Made by a program: the position numbers and the translations under genes. A stretch of 64,000 nucleotides of DNA from contig OZ361258.1 of the NCBI GenBank assembly GCA_977018835.1, positions 2,356,001 to 2,420,000 on the forward strand, in the 5' to 3' direction. This DNA is from Minutocellus sp. GHC0000111. Its lineage: Eukaryota. This document shows, one piece after another, positions 24,740 to 36,239 of the stretch; within the stretch, counting starts at the first letter, position 1, and each line of letters starts with the position of its first letter. The notes under the pieces were generated by a model, which worked only from the letters and a program-made list of their open reading frames with translations, ran no database searches and was not told the DNA's origin.

Positions 24740-24908
24740 ATGAGTCCAGTAGAGATCTACACATGTGCGGTAGATCTCTAAGTTGATTGAGGACAAGTTG
24801 AGGGTGAAAGAGAGAGAGGTGAATGAGCCATGAGATACGTGGTCATAAAGATTTTTGCTACTAGAGAGCCTACGTAGAGCCTTAGGTACATTATACCGAT
24901 AATGTGCA

Positions 24909-24999
24909 TCGCATTTAAGATGACGAGCACCATTCATGTGACTCTCTATTCTGACTCGACGACCCGCCGACCAGCGCAGAGCTCGAGTCGAGTGAGTCG
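24909..24999. repeat. Second copy of the dispersed GACTC/GAGTC repeat
   Basis: Direct repeat of 23618-23673 followed by ctcgagtcgagtgagtc. Confidence 0.8.
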
Positions 25000-25205
25000 T
25001 TGCGTTCGATAAAAAATCGTGTCCGTCCGTCGTACGGTCGTGGCTCCAAATTTGCATGCAACAGATACCTAGGTACCTAGGTACTTCTATTGCCGCTGAC
25101 GCTATTATAATTATTGGACAAAATAAGTACATGTAGAGTCTACCGGTGCCATTCATTCATTGCACTACTAGTACGTAGCTAGATTTCGCCAATCGCGTAC
25201 TTAGC

Positions 25206-26960
25206 TCATGCGAGGACGGCCTCCTCCTTCTTAGCCTTGGCTGCTTCGGCCTTTGCCTTCAAACCGTTGGGTCCGTCTGCTCGTGCAACAATCTCATCGG
25301 CCACCATCAAACCACTTCGGGTGGCGCCCTCCATGGAATCCAGATAGTCTTGGTAGGTGTAGGAACCAGCCAGGAAGAAGTTCTCAACGGGAGTGGCCTG
25401 TCGGGGTCGGAACTTGTCCTGCCCGGGCTTCTCCCTGTACAGACTCTGGCCAAGCTTGACAACCGAGCTCCATGTGCACTTGAGCTTCCGGCTCGAGGGG
25501 AACAGCTTGTTGAGCTGATCGATGCAGTCCTGAACAATCTGGTCATTGGAACGGTCAAAGGCGCGCTCATCAAAGACAGCCTGGATGAGGGAACCCTCTC
25601 CCTCCTTGTAGTACTCCGTGGGGCTGGTAAGGGCGAGATCGGCAAAGCAGGAGAATTCAGCATCGGCAGAGTACAGAAGGTTGTCAATACCGCCACCCTT
25701 TCCATCGGATTGATCACCGGCAACGTCCATCATTCGAGCTTCGTCCTCCAATTCCGTCACCCAGCCATCGAAACGAACCTGCACAGTGGCAATAGGGACA
25801 GTGTCGAGCTTGTAAATGTTGTCGAACATGGGGTACTTGCGGAAATTCTCCACCAAAACCTTGCGAATGCCGGGCACGTCGAGGGCGGCAACGACCACAT
25901 CGAACTCCTTCACTTCATCGTTGGGACCGACCTTGATACCAGTCACACGGGTGGGACGGCCCTGGTCGTCAACCTCGTGGACCAAGTCGCGACAACCCGT
26001 GCTGAGATTGATCTTCACATTGCGATCCTCCAGATACTGGATGATGGGATCGTGCAGGTAAGTCTGCGGGCTGCCCTCGAGCATGCGGAGCACACTGGCC
26101 TCCGTCCGGATGGCGAACAGCATGAAAATGGTGAGCATGCAGCGGGCAGAGATGTGATCGCAGTCCACAAAGCCAAGGGCGTAGGCGATGGGATCCCACA
26201 TCCGATCGAGGGAGCCACGGCTGCCGCCGAGCTGGGTGAACCACTCGGTGAAGGTAATGTCGTCGAGTTCACGGACCATGTCCATACCACCGTCAAAGTC
26301 GAAAAGGGCACGAACGATGGGGGAGGTACCAAGACGGACGGCGTTGTGGAACTTGTCCTCAACCTCGAGCTGCTCGGTCTTGAAGAAGGCCTGCAAACCA
26401 GAGACGGGAGCGCCGATGGGGAAGTGGAAATCGAGAGCTCCGAGCTTACCTCCGTCGTTGACGAAGGTGTGGATGTGCTCCTTGACGCGGAGGGCATAGT
26501 CGAAGGAACCGGTGCGCTTCATGATGCCATAAAGGTTGTAGTAGCAGCCGAAGAAGACGTGGAGGCCCATCTCGATGTGGTTGCCGTCCTTGTCGGTCCA
26601 GGAGGATACCTTGCCACCGACGTACGGGCGGAGCTCGAACATCTCAACGTCGTGGCCGGCATCGGCCAGATCCATCGCGGCGACCATGCCAGCGAGGCCG
26701 GCACCGACAATGCCGATCTTGAGCTTCTCCTGATTCTTCTTGGCGGGTCCGTCCATGGCCCTCTGCATCAGGTTGGTGTTGAGGAAGGCATCGTTGCCGA
26801 TCTGCTTCTTGGCATCCTCCGATGCGAAGGTTTCGTCGGCCGAGATGGTCGACATGCGCAGAGGCAGGGATGTACCGGTTTTGGCGGTCAAAGATACGGG
26901 AGCAAACGCCGAGGCGGATGCCAAGAGCAGGGCCGAGGCGGCGATAGATAAACGTGCCAT
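25206..26960 (-). CDS. ZDS: Zeta-carotene desaturase, plastid-targeted, intact and intronless
   Basis: ASASAFAP presequence; [73 protein letters not shown]. Confidence 0.95.
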   Translation of the reverse strand: MARLSIAASALLLASASAFAPVSLTAKTGTSLPLRMSTISADETFASEDAKKQIGNDAFLNTNLMQRAMDGPAKKNQEKLKIGIVGAGLAGMVAAMDLADAGHDVEMFELRPYVGGKVSSWTDKDGNHIEMGLHVFFGCYYNLYGIMKRTGSFDYALRVKEHIHTFVNDGGKLGALDFHFPIGAPVSGLQAFFKTEQLEVEDKFHNAVRLGTSPIVRALFDFDGGMDMVRELDDITFTEWFTQLGGSRGSLDRMWDPIAYALGFVDCDHISARCMLTIFMLFAIRTEASVLRMLEGSPQTYLHDPIIQYLEDRNVKINLSTGCRDLVHEVDDQGRPTRVTGIKVGPNDEVKEFDVVVAALDVPGIRKVLVENFRKYPMFDNIYKLDTVPIATVQVRFDGWVTELEDEARMMDVAGDQSDGKGGGIDNLLYSADAEFSCFADLALTSPTEYYKEGEGSLIQAVFDERAFDRSNDQIVQDCIDQLNKLFPSSRKLKCTWSSVVKLGQSLYREKPGQDKFRPRQATPVENFFLAGSYTYQDYLDSMEGATRSGLMVADEIVARADGPNGLKAKAEAAKAKKEEAVLA

Positions 26961-27358
26961 CTTGCTGATTTGGTGTTGTTGGCTGGCGGTCGGGGATATC
27001 GATGCTGACTACTTAGTACAGGCAAGCACGGCGCAGAACAAGCAAAAAAAGTGATGGCAGGCGCGCGGCGCGGCGGCCATCTTGAAGCGCTCTGCGCTGA
27101 CGCATGATACGGGAATACGTACGTATGTACGGCAGAATGCTCTTTCTTTGTTACGACGTATTCATGACGGAGGAGGGCTCGGTGGCCACCACCTGGCGTC
27201 CAGCCACTCTGTTCACTCTTCGCCGTCGCCGATGTCTCAATCTGACTGCAGTACATACAAGTACACAGATGAGATTTCAGTACAAATTTTACCACTGAGG
27301 AATATGTCGGTGCCTTCTATCTACATGTAGATCTATCTTTACTGGTACATGTACGTGG

Positions 27359-28981
27359 CTACATGTACATGTATCGTTTTACATGTATGACAAATCGTCT
27401 CATCAAAAATTTAGCCACATCGAGCCCAAGCAACTTGCACATCACCAAGGCGAAAGACAAAGCGATGCCCGATGTCACCAAAACATTCTGTCGATGCTGT
27501 CTCAAGATGTCTTTGTATGTCAATGTTGGATTGGATTTCATCAAGAGAGCTGTCACAGATGGCCGCATCAAATTGTTGGGCACTCCCACTGCATTGGACA
27601 TTTTTTCCGAGACTCTAAAAAGCTTTGATTCGACTGCTTTTTGGGCTGTGAAAATTGACCTGCCTAATCGATCGATGGGACTGCGAAGGTTGTACTGGTA
27701 GTATGGATTGGCAACAGATATCAAACGACATATGCTCTCTGCCTCCTCCACTCTCTCCTTGCTGTAAGCCTTTAGTGCATTTGCTAGCTCGGCATCGGTC
27801 ATGTTGGAATGCTGCTGCTTGATGCCATCTTCCATGCGTAAGAAATGAGCCGCGTCTAGCAACCCTGCATTCAATCCCTGTCCCACATCCGGAGGGAAGT
27901 GATGCAGCGAATCACCGACCAAGATGATGGGGACGCCATTTACAACGCATGCCGCCCGTTGAGTCCAAGTGGGCTTTGGAAAGGTGACGCCCTTGCCATG
28001 CAAAAATGCCTCGATGGCTTCACGGGATATGCTGGACTTGGCATTCAGTTGAGGAAATTCCTTTGACAAGGCATCATAGACCTCATAGACGGTCTTGCAT
28101 TGATACAGAAAATAATGTGGCCGCCTTGCCATGCTCAGGGGGCGTAAATTGAGATACTCGTCGCCCCCGGCAACTGTGTCGTGAAATGAGAGCATGGATA
28201 TCGAATTGCCTGTTTGTCCTCGAAACGAAACAAAGTCGTTGAATGAAACTCGCTTTGGATTTGGCGCCATGATTGATCGAAATATCAGATTTGCAGACGG
28301 ACAACGGACCGACTTGGTACGAAACGAACGGCTTACTTTCATCGCGAGGATTTTCCGGACCTTGGAGTTGATCCCATCGCATCCAATGATGCGTCGGCAT
28401 GTCAGTGTTCGAGAACCGCTTCCATCCTTGCCATCCTTTGGTACTATGTGCACTTCCGCAGATGAAGTCAAGAAGGAGATATCCTCCACCTTTCCTTCAA
28501 TAATGGGGGCTGTATTGCTTCCACCTTTGCACTTTTCGAAGCGCTCTCGGAGTACTTTGACGCGCTGGCTTCTCTGCAGCTTGATCGATCCATCTCCCAC
28601 CTGGCCTCCTGGGATCGTCTTCTTTGTTCCGTCTGGTTGAATTATGTGAAAGCTGCCACTGCCACCGCCAGATAGGGCATAATTTCTTGATTGTGCCTTC
28701 AGTTCCTCCGTCACCCCCAACTCGTCCATGAGCGATCTGCCCCTCCCATCGATAGAGTAGGTGAACGTTTTGGACCAGTCGCCATAAATACTTTCGGCGG
28801 TTGGTGACGCAGCAGCACCGAGACTTGCTCGTTCAATCACCACGCAGTCGACCCCGCGCTGCCGAAGGCCGAGAGCCACAGCCAATCCGACGGGGCCGCC
28901 CCCGACGACCACCGTGTCGACATCGACGGCCTTGGCGGGGGTGATGATCATGGCGGCTCTTGCCTCTGGCCTGACATGCAT
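27359..28981 (-). CDS. FAD-dependent monooxygenase (kynurenine 3-monooxygenase-like family)
   Basis: VGGGPVG, IGCDGINS and LVGDSLHHFPPDVGQGLNAG motifs; C-terminal hydrophobic tail; start uncertain. Confidence 0.8.
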   Translation of the reverse strand: MHVRPEARAAMIITPAKAVDVDTVVVGGGPVGLAVALGLRQRGVDCVVIERASLGAAASPTAESIYGDWSKTFTYSIDGRGRSLMDELGVTEELKAQSRNYALSGGGSGSFHIIQPDGTKKTIPGGQVGDGSIKLQRSQRVKVLRERFEKCKGGSNTAPIIEGKVEDISFLTSSAEVHIVPKDGKDGSGSRTLTCRRIIGCDGINSKVRKILAMKVSRSFRTKSVRCPSANLIFRSIMAPNPKRVSFNDFVSFRGQTGNSISMLSFHDTVAGGDEYLNLRPLSMARRPHYFLYQCKTVYEVYDALSKEFPQLNAKSSISREAIEAFLHGKGVTFPKPTWTQRAACVVNGVPIILVGDSLHHFPPDVGQGLNAGLLDAAHFLRMEDGIKQQHSNMTDAELANALKAYSKERVEEAESICRLISVANPYYQYNLRSPIDRLGRSIFTAQKAVESKLFRVSEKMSNAVGVPNNLMRPSVTALLMKSNPTLTYKDILRQHRQNVLVTSGIALSFALVMCKLLGLDVAKFLMRRFVIHVKRYMYM

Positions 28982-29788
28982 CGGCTCAACCTGGTAGCTA
29001 TCTACGTAGCTACGTACGTAGGCCTACGTACGTAGTACGAGTACCTCTAGTCTAGGTAGGCCTAGGCACGTACCTAGGTAGCTCATCAGATCAAGTGATG
29101 GCATCCCTTGATCAGATCGCCACGGTCTCGTGCCTACTAGCAACCGGTCGAGCCACCGGTTTTGGCGTTTTGGCTCTCGCTCGAGGCAGCAGGCTTGAGA
29201 GTCTCAAAAGCTCAAAAGGCACTTCACCTTCGCCTGCTTAGCTACAGATCTCCTGCGTAGGAGCTCGGCTGCATGCAACTACATTCTATTCTATTCCACT
29301 CTGTTAGACTGCCAAAGTTTGCACGGGCATGGGAAAGAAGAAGACGAGTCTGGCTGGCTGGCTTGCTTGTCTTCGTGTGAGATCTGCTAGGCAGTGATGC
29401 TGGTGCCGCACCCCCGGACGACCTGCTACATTGACCCCGATCCCCCGATCGGACCTCCCGTGAGCCAGGACAGGGAAATGTCACTCCATCCAGGCCCCGG
29501 GCACCTGCCCTTTTAACATGTGCTGTGGCAGCAGACGGATCGCAGAGACCGCCCCCGACGAGCGTGAAGCTGGAGCCGCGCCCTCCCTTCACGTTGTCGC
29601 TCTCGCGACCGAATTGATGGATTTCCGCGGTTCGGTTTAACTATGTCTACCCTGATTCCATTCACTACCATCTGAGTGTCATGGGGTAGGTAGGTTTGTC
29701 CATCGCTGCCCGCATTGGGCGTGCGAGGTCTCAAACGCCGCGTCAGCGCTTGGAGCCGTGTCTCCCTGTTTGGGCCGACAGAATTGTG

Positions 29789-29984
29789 TGCTAAGAGGTC
29801 CTAAAGCTAAGCTAGATATATATAGCTAGTAGAGGTTAATAGGACCTACGTAGATGAAAAATGGGCCATCGGAGATGTCGTTGGCCCATGGATCAACGGT
29901 CAGGAGAGGGCACTGAGTCAGTGGTCTGATCACCGTACGTACCGTACGTATGTATACGTACGTACGTACCCCACGGCATCAACA
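29789..29984 (-). repeat. 3' LTR
   Basis: About 7 substitutions relative to 35805-36000 (manual count). Confidence 0.95.
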
Positions 29985-30032
29985 CACCCTCGCAGATCAA
30001 TGACTAGTGCCATTGAATCTACATGTAGAGTC

Positions 30033-33000
30033 CTAATTGGAATCTACATGTAAGTAGACTGGTCGCATGTCGACATGGTAGCGGGCGGGATGGTGCTTTG
30101 TAAAATAATCGGCCAAATTTTGCGCTCCTTTCCGCCAGTAGCAGTGCACCTGGAATTGTCGTTGCTCCATGCGATCTTGGACCCAGTAGAATCTCATGTC
30201 CATAGCCTTAGACCGTCTTTGCTTGACGGTTTTATTGGCGATTCCAGATGCTGTAGAGTTGTCAACGACGATAGCAGTAGGGGGCTGCGGGTGACCCGTT
30301 TCTTCTAGTGCTGCCCGGATTGTTGGTGCTGCTGCTGCATCTTTCATGTTGAAAAATAGTCCCCTCCCAATTCGGCTTCAGCGGCTGAGGACATTACATG
30401 CTTGATGATATTGGCATTCACGAGGATGGCTCCATTCATTGGTGGCATGGGATCACTTGAGTCAGGCTGGCGGTGCGGGTCCTTAGGTCGGGAGCTTAGG
30501 TAGAAGCACCCTCCGAGCTTGCTTCTTGTTTTCGGGGCTGATAAGCAGGAGGCGTCGCCATGCACATGTAGGATCATGTCTGACTTGACGTATCGAATGA
30601 CTGCGTCGGGATGGGTTGCAAGGTAATCTAGAAGCTTCTTGGCATCTTGTCGAGTGCGCTCGGTAGCTTTGGATTGTTCCGCTGAGATGCTATTGAGCGC
30701 CGGTAAAATTGTTGAATCAATTGCTCGACCACAGTGCAAGGAGCTGCCCACCACCTGTTGAATTTCGTTGATGCCTTTGGCGTCGAGTGGTGGTGAGTCG
30801 TCTTCCGGTTCTGGCAGCTGGGGTCCCGGGCCACACGTCGGACGATTCCATCGATATGGCGCATGCTCGGGCCGTGAGGGGCGGTCGTGTTGGAACTTGT
30901 GGCGCATCTCCTTGACGTAGTTAGGCATAGATAGATCCACCCATTTGGCCTCGTAGTTCCACTCGAGTTGAATACCACAATAAAGTCGGCCTTCCCAATC
31001 GGTAGTGATCTTGTACTTGGAGTTGAGGGCCTGAATGAGATGGTCTGCATGCTCTTTCCCGACACACTTTACTCCAAAATCGTCAACGGTTAGGCAAAAG
31101 GTAATTGGGCGGGTTTTGTGCCTCCAAAGGCCGGCAGTGCGCTTGCAAGGGAAATAGCCATGGGGTTTGAGATGCTTGACAAGTTGATCGTAGGCTAGGC
31201 GCCCTGCCTGGGGTAATCCATACATTCCACCATCGATTCTGACCAATACTCGACCATTCTTTACTTTGTCGTGGAGGTCGTAGGCTTCCATGACTTCGTC
31301 GGGGATGAGAGCTACTGGCGCCCACATCCATTCTGGTTCTGGCATGGTGCTATTGAGATAGAAGTCACTGATATCAATTCCCATGAAACGAGCATTGTCT
31401 GTAGAGATGACGCTGTTGAAAAGTAACTTTGCAGTCAACATTTCAGCGGTCGGGGTCGAGACTGTACCAGGGTAATGAATTTTGTCGCCTCCTGCAGTCC
31501 ATCGAACTCGATTGGGATTTGGTTTATGGGAGCGATAGTCGGCGACAATGCGGAGGTATGTGGCTTTTTTCCCCCGAGGCAGTTCGGACCAGTGGACGAA
31601 AGCCATTGTATTGGAGGGAATGCTAGCACTGTTTCCAACTCGGCCGTCCGTTAGCCGTCCAATTTCATCGATGTTTGCTTGAATGAATTGGTCCCTCATG
31701 TTCGTTTTGAGGAGGTCGCGGTATTCAAGCATTGCACCAGTGTCGGGATGGACGACGGCGTTAGCAAAGTGTTGGAGGTTTGGTAAAGGCGAGAAAGCTG
31801 CCATGTTGGCCACGTGGTGGGTACTACGACGAGGTGATGGCCGTGGGGGAGGGTTCCGATGTGGAATGTACCCTCGCTGACGGCATGATCGTCGTCGAGG
31901 TGGTTTGGCGGTCGATGGTTTGGACTTGCTTGTCGATTTTGCTGGAGCTGGTAATGTTGGAGTGGTATCGATCGTTGGAGACTTGCGTTTACGTTGCCGA
32001 CGGGAGGTGGGGGCATTGGAACTTTGATTGGATGTTACGACGGTTGCATCGTCGTCATGATTATCATCATCGTCGCCGTTGGGCTCGTCTGCTGCAGCCA
32101 AAGGATTGTAGTAGTTGGAAGAAACTGACGAGCGAGGTGGCGCGTTGGATCGACGTGATCGACGGCTTTTAGTGGTGGCTGCATCATATGTGGAGGATTT
32201 TGCCACCCTCGGAGGTTGCTGGGGCTGAGGCAACGGAGCGTTGGGGTTGGAGACAAGGTGACGGCCTACTTCAGTCTCGTTCATCTCTTCTACGTCGTCG
32301 TCCTCGTATTTGATTTTGTAGTACTTATACTTCTTGTCAAATGCAACGACTCTACCCTTGTAATTGCGATCTCCAAACACTTTGGCGACGATGGTACCGT
32401 GGCGGAATCATTGGGAGTCGTCATCGTTCTCCAGCACCCTCGGAGCTGCGGTTGTCTGCATCGTCTCATCAGAGGCGGAGGTGGCAGATTCTGCTGGGGT
32501 CACGCTGTTGAAAATCTCGGAGAGCTTTTCTAAAGCTTGACGATGCTCGTCTCGAAGGGGAGCAAGGGGTGCCGCTGGATGTGGACTCTGTAGAGCGTGC
32601 AGGAGTTCATGAGCTGCGACTATTGCTGCATCGGCCGACGACGTTTTGGGTACCGGAATCATTTTGGGGAGCCAGACGAGTGTGTTACCAGTGCGTTCCG
32701 CCCGAGTTTCCTCAATCCAAACCTTGTAACACCGGTAGTGTTCCATGGCTGTACCGACATAGTACCCATCAACGCCATGCGGGGACCAAGAGCCGCGTGC
32801 CGAGGGCATCTCGTGAAAGATGACCTTGCATCCGAGGGGGCCGAGAGGCGTGCGATTGAAATCAAAGCCGCCATTGAGTTGCTCGTACGCTGATAGTCGA
32901 GGGTTGACTCGGGATGCTCTCAGGAAATTGAGGGTCATTACCGCCTGCTCCAGCAATTTATCCCACAAGATGAGGGGAAAGTCGGGATCGGTACCACAGA

Positions 33001-34231
33001 GAATCGCAATGAAATGATTCTTAAAGGTTCGAATGGCTCGTTCGGCCGCATTTCGGCGGTGGGAGTGCGTTGGGGTCAATTGAAAATCTACATCCTTTTC
33101 TTCCATGAACTCCTTCAGCTCTCGACTCACTTCATCATCCAATCGTTGCAATTTTGGGCGAAATCCTCGCTTGGAGAGGTATTCGAAAATAGTTTGGTAC
33201 GCTCGGCGCATTTCCGTTCCCGATCGGCTTTTCATTGGTTCGGCCAAGATGCTGTTGGAGTCATAGTCATAGACGACCATTATGTGCTGGTGGCCAGAAA
33301 AATACGATACCAAGAAACGGCCGGGCTGATCTGAGAAGATCTGGCCCGTCATGTCATGACAATCAGCAAAGACATAGTTGGTGCGCTGTTGGTGTTGTGC
33401 CGGGTGGAGATCCTGCTCGGTTTCGTCCACCCCAGGGAGAGATTTTGGCGTAGCCATCGACCGTTTGGGCTTGGTCGACCTGATGTTCTTGCGCTGCTGG
33501 TCTAAGTGACCTTTAATCATCGGTGTCGACTGTGGCATGTGCTTACGTACAAGCTTTGATGTGAGGCCTGGCCAAGATCTATAAAATCCCGCATCGATTG
33601 CTTTGCACCAGGTAGATAGCTGAGGACTGCCAGCGCACCAATGTAAAAAGGCTACACGTTCCGGAACCGTCTCCTGGGCAATTGCGGCGTTGGCAGCATG
33701 TTGGATGACGTTGGGGCCGGGGAGCGGCGACATGGTGGGCGAGCAATTTAGATCTACCATCCACAATTTCGTTGAGGGGTCTCGTTTACCTTGCAAAATG
33801 ACGGTATTGTCCTTGGCGATGACTACCGAATCCTTATCGAAAGTGGCAATACATCCATCGTCACACAGCTGCCCAATCGATAGGAGCGATGATGCCATGT
33901 TATTGAAAATGTAGGCCTTGCTAGCCGATGGGGAAACCCCAGGGAGGCGAAGCGTGGCCTCGTGGGTGTTCGTCATTGTGCTATTATCCGGAAGGGTGAC
34001 GCTGATAGGAATTGCTGTCTGTTGGACGTTGAAAATAGGGCCATCGTACGATAGGTATTGGGGCTTCTGGACAAAATGTCCCGTCGTTCCAGTATCTGCT
34101 GCGAGGACGATTGGCTCTTGAGTTGGAGGTTTGCTTTTTGACGTAAGAAAAGCTAACGAAGGCGGGGAGGAGGTGGATTCAGATGTGCTATCCTCTATTT
34201 TATACTGATTAACATCCACCGTCCCTCCCGC
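30033..34231 (-). pseudogene. pol: Copia pol (protease, integrase, Tudor-like segment, RT, RNase H)
   Basis: ADTGTTGHF (PR); FSDQPG..RLDDE..AAERAIRTFK (IN); YGLPQAG, VDDF (RT); SAAEAE, ADYFTK (RH). Internal TGA at 32408-32410 and a frameshift near 30360. Confidence 0.92.
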
Positions 34232-35512
34232 TCAGTTACGACGCGAGCTACCACCGCAAGGATTGTACTTGGTGGCGTTATCAACGTGGTTGGGCCCTTT
34301 GCAAGTGCATTCAAAGCTGGGGTGGTTGGACGAATAGCCGCACGTGTGGCAATAATGGCCTCTGGGGAGGATCGACTGCAGTTCCCGCTTCTCCTGGCGG
34401 TTGAGGTTAGGACCTTGGCCTGGGAAGTGGCCGGCGCCGTTCTGCTGGCCACCGCCGCGGTAGCCTCCACTGCCACCAGCATGGTTGCGTCCCTCACGCA
34501 GAACGCGGTTCTCGGCCTTGAGTGAAGCTATTTCTTGGCGAAGTTTGGCAATGGTGTCATCCTTCTCGTTGCTCTTTTTGGCGAGGTTCGCCATCATGGC
34601 TTGGTTGGTCTTGAGGGCTTCGGTGGTGTCAGCCAAAAGGAGATCGGCTCGAGAAAGAAATGGATCGTCCGAGGCCGATGAGGCCAAATTCGCGCCATGA
34701 CATCCTGCCGCTTCGGTGGTGGTATTGGCCATCTTCTTATCATGCCAATCGCGGAAGTCCGACTGCATGTTGGCCCACGTGCGTTCGGCCTCCGGTCTGT
34801 CGTCCCAGTCCTCGCATGCCTTCTTTGCCAATGAGAACCTGCGCACGGAGCGGTAGAACTTGGAGACCTTTTGCTTGTTGGTGAAGGGTTCGCCGGCCGT
34901 TTCAAACGCCTTGAAGACTTTGTTGAATGTGGCGATGTGGGTGTCGATGGGTCCCCCGTCGCACTGCTTCTCGAGCTGCTTCTCTAACTCCTCCTTCTGA
35001 GTCTCGTTGAATTTCAAGTAGCGATCGGTAATGCTGTCGATGATTTGGCGGATGGTGACTGGCTGGAAACCGAGCATGTCATCTTCGAGATGATTGATGT
35101 AGACGGCGTCGATCGAGTCGAGGAGGAGATTCTTGAGCGCCGTGTTGACTTGCTCGCACAAGTTGTAGTGGCCCTTTTCGATGTAACATCCCCGGATTGC
35201 ACGATCGCGTTGGTCTAGATTGGCCACGGCGGGAATGGTGGGGCTGGGGCCAGGATTTGCCGGAGGCACATGTGGTCGGCCGTTACTTTTGGTGGTGTGT
35301 TCGGCATCGCTGACGACGAGGCCCAAATGGCCGAGGTTGTGGTCATTGCACCCTGCTGGAATGCTTGCCGCCGCTTGTTGAAGTTCCTTGAGCGCTTTGG
35401 CAACACGCTCGCGTTGGGGAGGTTGTCCTGGGTCATTCATGCGTGTGATTAACTTGGTGGGGAGAATCGGCGCTGCGCCGAGAGGTTGGCCAAAAACTGC
35501 GTCGGGATTCAT
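34232..35512 (-). CDS. gag: Copia gag
   Basis: 426 aa with GHLGLV near the N-terminus and a YCHTCG...HPSFEC...H zinc knuckle, in gag position. Confidence 0.88.
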   Translation of the reverse strand: MNPDAVFGQPLGAAPILPTKLITRMNDPGQPPQRERVAKALKELQQAAASIPAGCNDHNLGHLGLVVSDAEHTTKSNGRPHVPPANPGPSPTIPAVANLDQRDRAIRGCYIEKGHYNLCEQVNTALKNLLLDSIDAVYINHLEDDMLGFQPVTIRQIIDSITDRYLKFNETQKEELEKQLEKQCDGGPIDTHIATFNKVFKAFETAGEPFTNKQKVSKFYRSVRRFSLAKKACEDWDDRPEAERTWANMQSDFRDWHDKKMANTTTEAAGCHGANLASSASDDPFLSRADLLLADTTEALKTNQAMMANLAKKSNEKDDTIAKLRQEIASLKAENRVLREGRNHAGGSGGYRGGGQQNGAGHFPGQGPNLNRQEKRELQSILPRGHYCHTCGYSSNHPSFECTCKGPNHVDNATKYNPCGGSSRRN

Positions 35513-35804
35513 GCTGGTGTTTCAGTCAGCGAAGACAGGCAGCACGGCGGTGTTGCTGCGAGACGTGTGATCGACAGAAGGTTCGATCCAGAGAAGTGTG
35601 ATCGATTGGATGGGTCGATCTGGTCAGGACTTTCGGGGAAGGGATTGGATCGTCGTTCCAATATTGTCGAAAGAAACGGTCGTTTTGGCCGATTGAAGAT
35701 GTGTCGGTTTTTCTTGCGTGACGAGTGAGAACCCAAGAGACAAACCGGTGAGGTGCGAACCGAAATGGGGCGAGCACGGGTGGAAAAGATGTATCACGTA
35801 GGTC

Positions 35805-36000
35805 TGCTAAGAGGTCCTAAAGCTAAGCTAGATAGATATAGCTAGTAGAGGTTAATAGGACCTACGTAGATGAAAAATGGGCCATCGGAGATGTCATTGG
35901 CCCATGGATCAACGGTCAGGAAAAGGCACTGAGTCAGTGGTCTGATCACCGTACGTACCGTACGTATGTATACGTACGTACGTATCCCACGGTGTCAACA
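35805..36000 (-). repeat. 5' LTR
   Basis: tgctaagagg...gtcaaca, partner of 29789-29984. Confidence 0.95.
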
Positions 36001-36239
36001 TCGTGGTCTAAAAGACGTTGGTGCATTCGCACTAAGAAAATGAATGTAAAGTCAAAAAAAAGAAAAAGGAGGGGCCTTCCGCTTAATGTTTGGCTACCCC
36101 CTGCGTCTTGCACCCTAAGGACTAAGCCTCACCTCCATTTTGGAGGTTACGAACTACCCTCTGTGCTAGAGATTTTGGCTTTTGAGAAGGGGCGTCTCCT
36201 TTTTGGAGTTGCTACCTCCTGATGGGGTGGCTCGATGGC

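Larger units (their letters stand above)
29789..36000 (-). mobile_element. Full-length Ty1/copia LTR retrotransposon (diatom CoDi-like), defective
   Basis: 196-bp TG...CA LTRs; 5-bp TSD ttgtg/tcgtg; purine-rich tract gcgagggtg before the 3' LTR; gag-PR-IN-RT-RH order. Confidence 0.95.

Noticed and set aside
25350..26951. 533-aa antisense ORF over ZDS
   Set aside because: Shadow ORF, as above.
27359..28981. FAD monooxygenase as a zeaxanthin epoxidase completing a carotenoid cluster
   Set aside because: No plastid presequence is visible, and the motifs (FPPDVGQGLN) look closer to kynurenine-monooxygenase-like proteins than to ZEP.
35785..35804. Primer-binding site of the Copia
   Set aside because: gacctacgtgatac follows the 5' LTR, but I cannot match it to a tRNA with confidence without a search.
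29976..35994. CA versus TG difference near the LTR ends as proof of TpA mutation
   Set aside because: Equally explained by CpG deamination of an ancestral CG; uninformative without a consensus.
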